From Rhizobiaceae bacterium (GTDB taxonomy: Bacteria; Pseudomonadota; Alphaproteobacteria; Rhizobiales; Rhizobiaceae), in NCBI GenBank assembly GCA_051009515.1, contig JBPCWM010000228.1, forward strand, positions 1 through 58,322: a stretch of DNA of 58,322 nt. The letters are read 5' to 3'. The notes beneath the pieces are model-generated. The model was not told where the DNA came from and searched no databases. It was given only the letters and a program-made list of their open reading frames with translations. Below are positions 38,881-49,512 of this stretch, piece after piece (within the stretch, counting starts at the first letter, position 1; the number at the start of each line of letters is the position of its first letter). The position numbers were made by a program, and so were the translations under genes.

Positions 38881-39360
38881 ATGATTACAATGCCATTCAA
38901 TTTCCTAAACCGATTTAAAATTCAACCTGTCTCTTGCGTGTTGGCGATCGCCGCGACATGCCTGTTCGTGTCGACGCTGGCAGCTCGTGCAGAGTTCAAG
39001 GTTTGCAACAAAACAGACTCGCTCGTTGGAGTGGCCATAGGTTACAAGATGGAAAATGATTGGATTACCGAAGGCTGGTGGCGCATCCCGCCGCATATCT
39101 GCACGTCCATCATCGAAGGTGATCTGACTTCGCGTTATTTCTACCTCCATGCGGAGGAATCTGAATCCGGTGGCAGATGGCGTGGTCCGGTATTCATGTG
39201 CACGTCAAGTAAGGAGTTCAAAATTCAAGGTGTAAAGAACTGCTTTGCCCGCGGATATGAGCGAACCGGATTCTTTGAAGTAGACACAACTGAACAGAAA
39301 AGTTGGCAGGTCCGACTGACCAAGGCCAACCAAACCAAGAAAGACGATCCGTCACAATGA
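38881..39360 (+). CDS. DUF1036-family exported protein
   Basis: FKVCNKT, VAIGY, EGWW, CFARGYERTGFFEVDT; stop overlaps the pyk start. Confidence 0.85.
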   Translation: MITMPFNFLNRFKIQPVSCVLAIAATCLFVSTLAARAEFKVCNKTDSLVGVAIGYKMENDWITEGWWRIPPHICTSIIEGDLTSRYFYLHAEESESGGRWRGPVFMCTSSKEFKIQGVKNCFARGYERTGFFEVDTTEQKSWQVRLTKANQTKKDDPSQ

Positions 39361-40808
39361 ACCGTTCACGCCGGGTGAAAATAGTTGCAACACTGGGGCC
39401 TGCTTCCAATACGAAGAACAAGATCAGGGAGCTGACCAAGGCGGGAGCCGATGTGTTTCGCATCAATATGAGCCATGCCAGCCACGACCTGATGCGCGCT
39501 ACAGTCAAATCGATCCGTGAAGTGGAGGAGGAACTGAATTTTCCCATCGGAATCATGGTCGATCTTCAAGGCCCCAAACATCGCCTGGGTGTGTTTGAAA
39601 ACGGCGAACTTGATGTCTCTCCGGGTCATCAGATTACACTGGACAGCGACCCAAGCCCTGGCAATGCCGAACGGGTCCACTTGCCCCACCCGGAAATTCT
39701 TGAAGCCATGGAGATCGGGCACCGATTGCTGGTGAATGACGGCAAAGTGCAGCTCAAGGTGATAGATACTGGTCCGGGCTGGGCAAAAGCCGAAGTGATG
39801 TCCGGCACGTGGCTAGCCGATAAGAAGGGTGTCAATCTGCCGGATTCAGAACTGACATCTGGCGTTTTGACAGACAAGGACCGAGCTGACCTGCAGGCCG
39901 CCCTGAAGGAAGATATTGACTGGATTGCTCTGTCCTTCATCCAGCGCCCGGAAGATCTTGCCGAGCCCAGAAAACTCTCCCAGGGCAAGGTGGGCCTGCT
40001 GGCAAAGATTGAAAAACCCCAAGCCGTTGAAAAGCTCGACGACATTATTGAAATGGCCGATGCGATCATGGTTGCCCGCGGGGATCTGGGAGTTGAGATG
40101 CCGCTACAGGCAGTGCCCAGTATTCAAAAGAAAATGATTCGCAAATGCCGTCGCGCCGGAACACCCGTGGTTGTCGCAACTCAAATGCTGGAATCCATGA
40201 TTTCTTCACCAGTTCCGACACGGGCGGAAGTGTCGGATGTGGCCAATGCCGTTTATGAAGGCGCTGATGCGGTGATGCTGTCCGCGGAATCCGCGGCTGG
40301 TGATTTTCCGCTGGAAGCCGTCACCACCATGGATTCAATCGCCAATGCCATTGAGAAGGACAAGGGCTACCTGCACACGATTGCCGGACAAAAGCCCGAT
40401 CCCGAACCCACCGGAGCAGACGCCATTTCCTTTGCGGCGGCTGAAATTGCCGAGACACTCGATTTGGCGGCCATTGTCTGCTTTACCGCATCGGGTTCGA
40501 CCGGGTTGCGTGCAGCACGTGTGCGACCTGCCAAGCCAATTGTGACTTTGTCGCCTGTCCCACAAACCGCCCGGCGAATGGCCATGACCTGGGGCACACG
40601 CTGTATTATTACGCCTGATGCCAAGGACCTTGATGATATGGTCGACAAGGCCTGTCGTATTGCCTGCCGCGAAGGTGTTGCCAAGCCCGGAGACCGCATA
40701 ATCATTACAGCAGGCGTACCATTGCGTACACCAGGCTCAACAAATATGTTGCGCATTGCCTATATTGACAGTGACGGACAAGGCAGCGTTCACCAAACCG
40801 GCTCCTAA
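39357..40808 (+). CDS. pyk: Pyruvate kinase
   Basis: KIVATLGPAS, FRINMSH, DLQGPK, MVARGDLGVE, ATQMLESM, PTRAEVSDVANA. Confidence 0.96.
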   Translation: MNRSRRVKIVATLGPASNTKNKIRELTKAGADVFRINMSHASHDLMRATVKSIREVEEELNFPIGIMVDLQGPKHRLGVFENGELDVSPGHQITLDSDPSPGNAERVHLPHPEILEAMEIGHRLLVNDGKVQLKVIDTGPGWAKAEVMSGTWLADKKGVNLPDSELTSGVLTDKDRADLQAALKEDIDWIALSFIQRPEDLAEPRKLSQGKVGLLAKIEKPQAVEKLDDIIEMADAIMVARGDLGVEMPLQAVPSIQKKMIRKCRRAGTPVVVATQMLESMISSPVPTRAEVSDVANAVYEGADAVMLSAESAAGDFPLEAVTTMDSIANAIEKDKGYLHTIAGQKPDPEPTGADAISFAAAEIAETLDLAAIVCFTASGSTGLRAARVRPAKPIVTLSPVPQTARRMAMTWGTRCIITPDAKDLDDMVDKACRIACREGVAKPGDRIIITAGVPLRTPGSTNMLRIAYIDSDGQGSVHQTGS

Positions 40809-40830
40809 AGCATATTCAGACAAGGCGCAG

Positions 40831-41775
40831 CTATTTGCTCACACGTTGAATTGCATCCACCACAATATCATTAGCAACATATTCCGGCTTGTGGCCTACA
40901 CCCTGAAGAATAATCAGCTCTGACCCTTTGATATCTCGTTCCAGACCAAGAGAATGGATCGACGGTGAGACGATGTCATCCTTGTCGCCGGTTACGATAA
41001 TCGTTGGAGCGTTGATTTCCTTGTAGCGGGGAGAAAATTCCTGAACGAATTCATTGAGCCCTGCCACATCGCGAGCATTGGCCCGGAAAATCCATGGCCG
41101 CAACATCAGTGCTATTCGCGTATTTTCAACATATTCTTGCGGCATGTGCTGCGGGGCGAAAACCGACTCTGCACCGCTGGACAATCTCAGCATTCCAATC
41201 GGCAGAACCATGGTTTCAGAAAACAAATTGCCGATGACTGGCATTGCGGCAAGATGATAGTACCAGGTGACCCCGGTCGGCCACGGGTGGGTTGCCGGGG
41301 ACAACAGAACCAAGCCTTTGGTTTGTTCAGGGTAGAGTACGGCGAAAGCCGCAGCTGATGCGGCACCAAGCGAATGCCCAACCACCACGACGCGATTTAC
41401 CCCCAGCTGATCAAGCAGAAACTTATAGCGCTGCGCCTGTTGTGCGGGGGTTTCCGCACCTGCCCGGTCTGAATAGCCATGGCCAGGCCTGTCCACAAAG
41501 ATCAAGCGGGCCTGATCTTTCATGACGGAGGCGAAGGCGGCCATTTGATCATTGAGATTACCACTGGCACCGTGAATGAAGAGTATTGTGGTGGAATCAA
41601 CGGCACCATTAGAGGAAACTTCAACAAAATGAGTTCTCTCCCCTTCTGGCCCGACAAATGTTCCGTTGGGAGGATATCGAGCCTCCAGCACCGATACCTC
41701 ATAACTGGTCCACGCAAAGGCCCCTGCCAGCAGGATTAGAATCAAGGCTAGCATTATGAAAAAAATCTTCACCAT
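40831..41775 (-). CDS. Alpha/beta hydrolase with N-terminal membrane anchor
   Basis: IHGASG, DRPGHGYS, GHSLG nucleophile elbow, GDKD, GVGH. Confidence 0.88.
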   Translation of the reverse strand: MVKIFFIMLALILILLAGAFAWTSYEVSVLEARYPPNGTFVGPEGERTHFVEVSSNGAVDSTTILFIHGASGNLNDQMAAFASVMKDQARLIFVDRPGHGYSDRAGAETPAQQAQRYKFLLDQLGVNRVVVVGHSLGAASAAAFAVLYPEQTKGLVLLSPATHPWPTGVTWYYHLAAMPVIGNLFSETMVLPIGMLRLSSGAESVFAPQHMPQEYVENTRIALMLRPWIFRANARDVAGLNEFVQEFSPRYKEINAPTIIVTGDKDDIVSPSIHSLGLERDIKGSELIILQGVGHKPEYVANDIVVDAIQRVSK

Positions 41776-41912
41776 CCACCTTTGACGAGTTTGGTCGTTT
41801 TAAATTCCATACTAATCAGGATCATAGGTATCCGGTCCAACCATTTCCGGGCGCGGTAAATTCTGGCAGTCTTGTAAAACGGGGTCAATCTGCGGAAATC
41901 ATCGTAATGGTT

Positions 41913-42551
41913 TCAAATGCCGCTTCCAGCGAGCTCTTCTTCCAGTCTCACGACAGAATCCTGAGCACTTTTCATGGCCGGATAGATGGATAAGGTCCGG
42001 TACCACGTTTCCAGAGCCTCTTCCTTTTTGTTCAGCTGTTCAAAAATTGAGGCCAGCCCGGCCAATGCGCCATAGTGGCGTGGTTCCAGAGCAAGGGTGC
42101 GCTCAATATCTGCAATGGATTTGCCGTAATTTTCCATCATGAAATGCAAAGTGGCCCGCTGGTTGAAGCCTTCTGCATATCCTGGACGCAGCGCGACAAC
42201 CTGATCAAGCAGGTCAAGAGCCACGCCATAGCGCTGATTGCCACTGGCCTCACGCGCCCATCGGGTCAACAAATCTACAGAGCGGCTGTCCGATGTCTGC
42301 CAGGTCTCCCAAATGCGTGATGAAATGCGGTCGGCCAACTTTGCGTCCCGCGTTCGACCCAGTTGCACAAAAAGACCGTCCAAATCCTTCGCCAGTTCAA
42401 AAGGTGGCTTGACCTTGGCAACAGTTTTGGTTGTCTCGTTTTCTTGCGCCGATTCAGGTAAAGGAACTTCAACCGATTGCGCAAAAGCGTTTGGCGCAAA
42501 GCCGCCGACAAGGCCACAAGCGAGAATCAGGATGCGGGCACAACTAAACAT
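41913..42551 (-). CDS. Exported tetratricopeptide-repeat protein
   Basis: Signal peptide; PGYAEGFNQRATLHF, LALEPRHYGALAGL. Confidence 0.85.
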   Translation of the reverse strand: MFSCARILILACGLVGGFAPNAFAQSVEVPLPESAQENETTKTVAKVKPPFELAKDLDGLFVQLGRTRDAKLADRISSRIWETWQTSDSRSVDLLTRWAREASGNQRYGVALDLLDQVVALRPGYAEGFNQRATLHFMMENYGKSIADIERTLALEPRHYGALAGLASIFEQLNKKEEALETWYRTLSIYPAMKSAQDSVVRLEEELAGSGI

Positions 42552-42603
42552 GCCAACAGCCTAGCCAATGGCACAGAATCGTCAAATGCAAAATTGTGTG
42601 ATA

Positions 42604-42621
42604 GCGGCGCCCAAACGCCGC
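42604..42621 (-). terminator. Hairpin downstream of rpmJ, possible terminator
   Basis: GCGGCG-cccaaa-CGCCGC about 20 nt after the rpmJ stop; weak U-tract. Confidence 0.35.
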
Positions 42622-42639
42622 ACCTGCAGTCTTGACTGA

Positions 42640-42765
42640 TTAGCCCTGACGCGCCTTGAAGCGCGGATTCACCTTATTGATGATATAAACGCGTCCTTTG
42701 CGTCGTACCAGACGGTTTGCACGGTGGCGGCCCTTCAGGGACTTGAGCGAATTCTTGATCTTCAT
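42640..42765 (-). CDS. rpmJ: 50S ribosomal protein L36, zinc-independent type B (not in the supplied ORF track)
   Basis: Hand translation: [41 protein letters not shown]; no Cys. Confidence 0.95.
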   Translation of the reverse strand: MKIKNSLKSLKGRHRANRLVRRKGRVYIINKVNPRFKARQG

Positions 42766-42982
42766 CGGTTCATTCCATCACTGTCGAACCAGGAGTATCA
42801 CTGGCCCACAAAAAACAGCGCGCCGCAAGCGGCACGCGCAAAATCTGAGGCTGGTTTAAGGCCAATAGCGCAGATGTCAAGGCTTGGCAGCTTTCATTGC
42901 CCGCAAATTCTTGCAATTCTGCCCTCTGTTCTTGCACCACCATCCCACCTGACAGCACCAGATGTTCTAACTACGCCGTCTT

Positions 42983-42999
42983 GTGTCGCCCAGTGTCGC
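42983..42999. promoter_or_regulatory. Direct repeat upstream of soxB, candidate regulator site
   Basis: GTGTCGC-cca-GTGTCGC with 10-bp period, about 90 nt before soxB. Confidence 0.3.
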
Positions 43000-43087
43000 A
43001 AGCATATTTTTCCATGGCATTATTCCATCAGGTGCGGAATAACAGAATTCAGGCGGGAATCCGATCCGCTGCTTTGGGATTCATTCT

Positions 43088-44341
43088 ATGAGAAACTTCA
43101 ACGCGCTAAATCTTGCCCGCGAGGCATTGCGAGGCCAAAAGGGTTGGGGCCAGCAATGGCGCAGCCCGGAGCCAAAGAAATCCTACGATGTGATCATTGT
43201 CGGCGCTGGCGGCCACGGTCTTGGTACGGCATATTATCTTGCCAAGGAACATGGCATAACCAATGTAGCGGTGCTTGAAAAAGGCTGGCTAGGCGGCGGC
43301 AATACCGGTCGAAACACTACTATTATCCGCTCCAACTATCTCTATGACGAATCTGCCGGGCTTTACAATCACGCAGTCAATCTGTGGGAAACACTGAGTC
43401 AGGAACTCAACTACAACGTCATGTTTTCGCAGCGTGGCGTTATGATGCTGGCCCACAATGTGCACGATGTACAATCTGCCCAGCGCCATATTCATGCCAA
43501 TCGCCTCAACGGTGTTGACAATGAATGGCTGACACCTCAACAGGCCAAGGCTTACTGCCCACCGCTGAATATTTCAAAAGATTCACGATACCCGGTCATG
43601 GGTGCAGCCCTGCAACGCCGCGGTGGGGTGGCCCGCCATGATGCTGTGGCCTGGGGTTACGCGCGACAGGCCAGCGCCATGGGCGTGGACATCATCCAGA
43701 ATTGCGAAGTCACCGGAATCACCAGAGCACCCGATGGCGAAGTCACAGGGGTTGCGACCACCAAGGGGCCAATCAGTGCCAAACAGGTGGGTATTGTTGC
43801 AGCCGGACATACATCCTTGCTGATGGAAATGGCCGGAGTTCAAATGCCACTGGAAAGCTATCCGCTGCAGGCACTTGTGTCAGAACCGGTCAAGCCCGTA
43901 TTTCCCTGTGTGGTCATGTCCAATGCGGTGCACGCGTATATATCCCAGTCGGACAAGGGCGAGTTGGTGATCGGAGCTGGTACCGATTCCTACCTGTCCT
44001 ACTCACAGACCGGATCGATGCATATATTGCAGCACACTCTGGACGCCATCATCGAACTCTATCCAATGTTCAATCGTATGAAGATGCTGCGCACCTGGGG
44101 TGGCATAGTTGATGTGACACCGGACCGTTCTCCCATCCTGAGCAAGACCCCCGTCAAGGGGCTGTATGTAAATTGCGGATGGGGAACCGGTGGTTTCAAG
44201 GCCACACCGGGATCGGCTCATGTCTTTGCACACACGATTGCCCGGGATGAACCCCATCCCATCAATGCTGGCTTCACTCTGGACAGGTTCAGGAATGGCC
44301 GTCTGATTGATGAAGCGGCAGCCGCCGCCGTGGCGCACTAG
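43088..44341 (+). CDS. soxB: Sarcosine oxidase subunit beta
   Basis: [53 protein letters not shown]. Confidence 0.95.
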   Translation: MRNFNALNLAREALRGQKGWGQQWRSPEPKKSYDVIIVGAGGHGLGTAYYLAKEHGITNVAVLEKGWLGGGNTGRNTTIIRSNYLYDESAGLYNHAVNLWETLSQELNYNVMFSQRGVMMLAHNVHDVQSAQRHIHANRLNGVDNEWLTPQQAKAYCPPLNISKDSRYPVMGAALQRRGGVARHDAVAWGYARQASAMGVDIIQNCEVTGITRAPDGEVTGVATTKGPISAKQVGIVAAGHTSLLMEMAGVQMPLESYPLQALVSEPVKPVFPCVVMSNAVHAYISQSDKGELVIGAGTDSYLSYSQTGSMHILQHTLDAIIELYPMFNRMKMLRTWGGIVDVTPDRSPILSKTPVKGLYVNCGWGTGGFKATPGSAHVFAHTIARDEPHPINAGFTLDRFRNGRLIDEAAAAAVAH

Positions 44342-44352
44342 GGAGACCGAAA

Positions 44353-44655
44353 ATGCTTTTAATTCATTGCCCCTACTGCAAGGCTGATCGCCCGGAACTC
44401 GAATTCTCCAATGCCGGTGAGTCGCATATTGTGCGTCCAAAAGACATGTCCAACATGACGGATGCCGAATTTGAAAAAATGTTTTTCATCCGCGAGAACC
44501 CCAAAGGTGTGAGTCTGGAACGCTGGCGTCACATCCATGGATGTGGACGTTTCTTCAATGCTCTGCGGCACACAGTTTCCGACAAGTTTCTCAAGGTCTA
44601 CAAATCTGGGGAACCGCGCCCCAGCGAAGCAGAAATTGAGGAGTTGATGAAATGA
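44353..44655 (+). CDS. soxD: Sarcosine oxidase subunit delta
   Basis: IHCPYC, RENPKG, ERWRHIHGCGRFFN. Confidence 0.93.
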   Translation: MLLIHCPYCKADRPELEFSNAGESHIVRPKDMSNMTDAEFEKMFFIRENPKGVSLERWRHIHGCGRFFNALRHTVSDKFLKVYKSGEPRPSEAEIEELMK

Positions 44656-47621
44656 TCGCGTCTGCTCACCAACCGTTTCGGGTGGCTGGCCGTGGCTCGC
44701 GTATCGGTACAAAAACCGTGCGCTTTACATTCGATAGCACTACCTATGAAGGGCTGGAGGGCGATACGCTGGCCTCTGCCCTGTTGGCCAATGGCGTTCA
44801 CCTCATGGGTCGGTCCTTCAAATATCACCGGGCACGTGGCGTTATCGCAGCTGGTGCAGAAGAACCCAATGCGCTCATGCAGATCAGCCGCGACGCGTCA
44901 CGCACGACCCCCAATGTGCGGGCAAGCGTTCAGGAAATCTTTGACGGCATGAAGGCCGAAAGCCAAAACCGTTTTCCAACGCTCCATTTCGATGTTGGCG
45001 CAGTCAACAATGCGCTGTCGCCGCTGTTTTCGGCAGGGTTCTATTACAAGACATTCAAATGGCCAGCTGCCGCCTGGGACACAGTTTTTGAACCCTTCAT
45101 TCGCAGGGCGGCCGGTCTTGGAAAGTCGCCAACGGAAGCAGACCCCGACCGCTATTCCAACCGGTTTGCCCATTGCGACGTGCTGATCATAGGCGGTGGC
45201 CCGGCTGGACTCACAGCAGCATTGGCAGCCGCTAAAAAGAAAAAACAAGTCATTTTGTGCGATGAAAATCCTCACCCCGGTGGTTGGCTGCTTTCTGATA
45301 CGGATATTCAAATTGATGGTCAGTCCGGCGCGCAATGGGTGGTTGACCGGGTTGCCGAATTGGCCCAAATGGGCAATGTTCAGGTGCTGACCCGGACAAC
45401 TGGTATTGGCTATTTCCAGCAGAACATGGTTGTTCTCAATGAACGGGTAACCGATCACCTGTCACGCCCGGACCCAGACTTGCCGCGCGAACGCATGTGG
45501 CAGGTGCGGGCCAAAAATGTGATTATTGCACAGGGCGCGATTGAGCGTCACATGGTGTTTGCAGATAATGACAGACCGGGCATCATGCTGGCTGGTGCGG
45601 CTCAGACCTATTTGAACAAATATGGTGTTGCGGTGGGCAATCAGGTGGCCGTTTATACAGCCTGCGATTCTGCCTATGCCGCTGCTTTTGACCTGACAGA
45701 GGCCGGCGCGGACATTCCCGTTATTTTAGACCACCGCACAGATATTGCCGACGACCTACTCGCCCAGGCGCGGGAACTTGGTATCAAGGTTGTAACTGGT
45801 GCCGTGGTTGAAAAGACGAGTGGGCGTTTACGGATCAACAGTATCACCTATGCCAAGCAAAATGGAAATGATCGAGCATCTGTTGACGTTGACGCCCTGA
45901 TCACCAGCGCCGGCTGGACCCCTTCCCTGCATCTTTACTCACAATCGCGCGGCAAGCCCCAATGGAACGAAGATAGCCAACGATTTTTGCCAGGCGAAAG
46001 CCCGCAAGATTGCCTCAGTATAGGCGGGTGCAATGGAACAGACGATCTTAAGGACCTGTTGCAGGAAGCTGCCAGGAGTGTCGGAGGTCGAGCTGCCAAA
46101 CATAAAGTGGAGCACGATGTATCCACTGCTGATGGCATGATCGGCGCGGCAGGAAAAACCGCAGACAAGGGCATGGGATTTGTCGATTTCCAAAACGATG
46201 TGACAGCAAAGGACATTGCTCTTGCTGTGCGTGAAGGCATGCACTCGATTGAACATGTAAAGCGCTACACGACCAACGGAATGGCCACTGATCAGGGCAA
46301 ACTATCCAACATGCACGGACTGGCCATTGCTGCTTCGCTGCTGGACCGGCCAATCCCTCAAGTCGGCCTGACCACATTTCGGGCACCTTATACGCCAACC
46401 ACATTCGGCTCCTTTGTTGGCCATTCACGCGGTAAGCTTTTTGATGTCACTCGCACCACGCCCGTTCATGAATGGGCAGAAGATCACGGGGCGGAGTTTG
46501 AACCCGTAGGCCAGTGGCAAAGGGCATGGTACTTCCCGCGTTCTGGCGAAACCATGCATGAAGCCGTAGATCGTGAATGCCGGACCACCCGTAACATTGC
46601 CGGTGTGTTTGATGCTTCTACATTGGGAAAAATTGAAGTTACCGGCCCCGATGCTGCAGCATTCATGAACATCATGTACACTAACGGCTGGGATAAGTTA
46701 CAGCCCGGACGGGCCAAATATGGCATTATGTGCCGCGAAGACGGTTTCATCTATGATGACGGGGTTGTTGGCAAACTCTCCCCCACCCGTTTCCATGTGA
46801 CCACTACCACCGGCGGAGCACCGCGTGTGTTGAATCATATGGAAGACTACCTGCAGACGGAATTTCCAGAGATGCGGGTCTGGCTGACCTCCACCAGCGA
46901 GCAATGGGCAACAATCGCAGTTCAGGGACCGAAGGCGCGCGACATCATCGCCCCATTGGTTAGCGGTGCAGATATTTCAAACGAGAAGTTCCCACATATG
47001 AGTGTGGCCGAATGTTCAGTATGTGGTGTGCCTGCCAGACTGTTTCGCATTTCGTTCACTGGTGAACTGGGTTTTGAGATCAATGTGCCGGCCGATCATG
47101 GGCGCTCTGTTTGGGAAGCGGTTTGGGCTCAGGCGGAGCCGATGGGCGCCTGTGCCTATGGAACGGAAGCCATGCATGTGATGCGGGCCGAGAAGGGCTT
47201 TATCATTGTCGGTCAGGACACCGACGGTACGGTTACTCCGCATGATGCAGGCCTGTCCTGGGCCGTGGCACGGTCAAAACCGGATTTCGTCGGGAAACGT
47301 GGCCTTGAGCGGCCAGACCTCGCAGCAGAAGGGCGAAGGCAATTGGTTGGGCTGGCAACGAAAGACCCTGACAAAGTTCTGCCAGAGGGCGCGCAGATCG
47401 TTGCTGATCCAAATCAGCCCATTCCGATGAAAATGATTGGCTTTGTCACCTCCTCCTACTGGTCCGGAACACTGTCCAAATCCATAGCCCTGGCGCTGGT
47501 AGAAGATGGCCGGAAGTTGAGCGGCGAAACGCTTTTCGTTCCGCTGGAGGATGAGGTGGTTGAGGTCGAAGTCACAGGCACCATATTCCACGACCCAAAA
47601 GGGGAGCGTCTACATGGCTAA
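44652..47621 (+). CDS. soxA: Sarcosine oxidase subunit alpha
   Basis: GDTLASALLANG, GRSFKYHR, GGGPAGL, EHVKRYTTNGMATDQGK, GcvT-like C-terminal half. Confidence 0.95.
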   Translation: MIASAHQPFRVAGRGSRIGTKTVRFTFDSTTYEGLEGDTLASALLANGVHLMGRSFKYHRARGVIAAGAEEPNALMQISRDASRTTPNVRASVQEIFDGMKAESQNRFPTLHFDVGAVNNALSPLFSAGFYYKTFKWPAAAWDTVFEPFIRRAAGLGKSPTEADPDRYSNRFAHCDVLIIGGGPAGLTAALAAAKKKKQVILCDENPHPGGWLLSDTDIQIDGQSGAQWVVDRVAELAQMGNVQVLTRTTGIGYFQQNMVVLNERVTDHLSRPDPDLPRERMWQVRAKNVIIAQGAIERHMVFADNDRPGIMLAGAAQTYLNKYGVAVGNQVAVYTACDSAYAAAFDLTEAGADIPVILDHRTDIADDLLAQARELGIKVVTGAVVEKTSGRLRINSITYAKQNGNDRASVDVDALITSAGWTPSLHLYSQSRGKPQWNEDSQRFLPGESPQDCLSIGGCNGTDDLKDLLQEAARSVGGRAAKHKVEHDVSTADGMIGAAGKTADKGMGFVDFQNDVTAKDIALAVREGMHSIEHVKRYTTNGMATDQGKLSNMHGLAIAASLLDRPIPQVGLTTFRAPYTPTTFGSFVGHSRGKLFDVTRTTPVHEWAEDHGAEFEPVGQWQRAWYFPRSGETMHEAVDRECRTTRNIAGVFDASTLGKIEVTGPDAAAFMNIMYTNGWDKLQPGRAKYGIMCREDGFIYDDGVVGKLSPTRFHVTTTTGGAPRVLNHMEDYLQTEFPEMRVWLTSTSEQWATIAVQGPKARDIIAPLVSGADISNEKFPHMSVAECSVCGVPARLFRISFTGELGFEINVPADHGRSVWEAVWAQAEPMGACAYGTEAMHVMRAEKGFIIVGQDTDGTVTPHDAGLSWAVARSKPDFVGKRGLERPDLAAEGRRQLVGLATKDPDKVLPEGAQIVADPNQPIPMKMIGFVTSSYWSGTLSKSIALALVEDGRKLSGETLFVPLEDEVVEVEVTGTIFHDPKGERLHG

Positions 47622-48168
47622 GCAAGTCACAGCGGTTCGAACTCCACCACTGGCTGGTCGACACTTCGCAAATGGTCATGTCAGTCTTGAGCCGGCGAAA
47701 CCTGCTGCGAGGATCAGCTTGCGCGCAACAGGCAGGGGGGCAACGACCTATTCCAAGATTCTGGGAATGGACTTGCCTTCAGAGCCGTCGCAAGTAAGCG
47801 CCAAGGGAGGTCGTATGGCCGTCTGGCTTGGTCCTGATGAATGGTTGATCATCGATGAAAAGCAAGTCGTATCTGGATTGATGCCCAAACGTGGCAGCAA
47901 GGAGATCAGTGCGGTTGACATCTCTCATCGCAACACTGCCATTGTAGTGTCGGGAGATGCGGCCACCAATTTGCTCAATGAAGCCTGTCCGCGCGATTTG
48001 TCGTTAGACTCTTTTCCGGTTGGCACCGGGTCACGCACAATATTGGGAAAGGCAGAAATCATATTGCTGCGCACCGGCAGGACAGATTTTCGAATCGAAT
48101 GCTGGCGCTCCTTTTCTGACTATGTCTGGGACCTGCTCAGCGAAGCGGCAAAGGATGCCCATCTGTAG
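47614..48168 (+). CDS. soxG: Sarcosine oxidase subunit gamma
   Basis: WLGPDEWL, VDISH, CPRDL, ECWRSFSDY; overlaps the soxA end. Confidence 0.92.
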   Translation: MAKQVTAVRTPPLAGRHFANGHVSLEPAKPAARISLRATGRGATTYSKILGMDLPSEPSQVSAKGGRMAVWLGPDEWLIIDEKQVVSGLMPKRGSKEISAVDISHRNTAIVVSGDAATNLLNEACPRDLSLDSFPVGTGSRTILGKAEIILLRTGRTDFRIECWRSFSDYVWDLLSEAAKDAHL

Positions 48169-48273
48169 ATTTTGTGTTCACAGATTGTTGCAACTGGTGA
48201 TAGACGACCAAGGCTTCATCACTTATTGATGCTATTTGATGAACGCCGCCCGCTTCAAGCAGGATGTCCCTCC

Positions 48274-49512
48274 ATGCCGACCAAGCCGCCTCAATCCAAT
48301 CTGATAAAAAAAAGAGCAGTATTCTTTGTCGGCGGGTTCGATCCAAAATCGGCGCAAGCTTTCTACGAACGAGCAGACCGGGAAAATGAACGGTTCGCCA
48401 GGCTTTGGGATGTCGTAGTGACCCGTGATGATGCGGTATCAATCGGACCGGATATCACGCGTGCCACATTCCACTGCCGCAGCCGTGACGAATCACAAGA
48501 CTGGGAGACTCAAACGGATTTCCATTTCGTCTCACTGGATGACATTGTTTTGTCCGATTTCAATGAACCCGAACGCACCAGATTTCAGCGATATTTGAGA
48601 ACCTTCTCCAATTTCGTGATGACCGGCACGGCCTTTAAATTTTTTTGGCACAGTTGGAGATTTGCCCTTTATTTCTTCTATCCCGCCCTTGCGCTCATTC
48701 TGTGCACATTTTTTAGCTATTGGGTGAGTTCAAGCCTGTTGGGCTTTGGATGGTATCTTTCGGGGATTGTGGCGCTTGTCGCAGGTACTGCGCTATTTGT
48801 ATTCCTCTACAATTGGTTGCTCAAGCGGTACAGTGTTTCGCATTTGATGGATCTGTGGAGTTTTTCGAAAGAATATCTCTACCGATCGCGCAATGATATT
48901 GAGGAAAAGCTCGATCGCGTCGCCGATCAAATCTTCGGTGCAGCTAATTCCGGCGAATATGATGAGATATTGACCATTGGACACAGCACAGGCGGCGCCC
49001 TGATGCTGGATGCAACATCACGGGTGTTGGATCGGCATCCTGAGTATAAATCCCTTGGCCACCAGGTTACCATTTTGACCCTTGGCTCAACCGCTTTGAA
49101 GGTTGGTCTTCACCCTGCGGCGAACTGGTTTAGATCGCAACTTGCAATCTTTTTCAAACAAACCGATACAGCCTGGATAGAATTCCAGTGTTTGACGGAT
49201 GTCATCAACTTTTACAAAACCGACCCGGCGGAATTGATGGGGTTCAAGGACGACATGCAGCGTCCCATCGAAATATACAAGGTGCGCATCAAGAACATGG
49301 TTTCTCCTGAAGTCTACAAGCGCATCAAGCGCAATTACTTTCGCGTGCACTACCAGTTTGTCTTCGGAAATACGGTCAAGAACCTCTATGACTACCCTGC
49401 CATATGTTATGGACCGGTTCGGGTACAGGACCGGCTAAATGGTGGCGATTCAAAGACGACGCCGAATCCGTATCTCGATGATATTGCCGGCATAACGAAA
49501 GCTATACCATGA
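48274..49512 (+). CDS. Membrane-associated alpha/beta-hydrolase-fold protein of unknown function
   Basis: KRAVFFVGGFDP start, central hydrophobic hairpin, IGHSTGG nucleophile elbow, candidate Asp (DVINF) and His (RVHYQF). Confidence 0.7.
   Translation: MPTKPPQSNLIKKRAVFFVGGFDPKSAQAFYERADRENERFARLWDVVVTRDDAVSIGPDITRATFHCRSRDESQDWETQTDFHFVSLDDIVLSDFNEPERTRFQRYLRTFSNFVMTGTAFKFFWHSWRFALYFFYPALALILCTFFSYWVSSSLLGFGWYLSGIVALVAGTALFVFLYNWLLKRYSVSHLMDLWSFSKEYLYRSRNDIEEKLDRVADQIFGAANSGEYDEILTIGHSTGGALMLDATSRVLDRHPEYKSLGHQVTILTLGSTALKVGLHPAANWFRSQLAIFFKQTDTAWIEFQCLTDVINFYKTDPAELMGFKDDMQRPIEIYKVRIKNMVSPEVYKRIKRNYFRVHYQFVFGNTVKNLYDYPAICYGPVRVQDRLNGGDSKTTPNPYLDDIAGITKAIP

Noticed and set aside
42724-43278. 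184-aa ORF spanning the rpmJ-soxB intergenic region
   Set aside because: Overlaps rpmJ in antisense and soxB out of frame; no motif or RBS.
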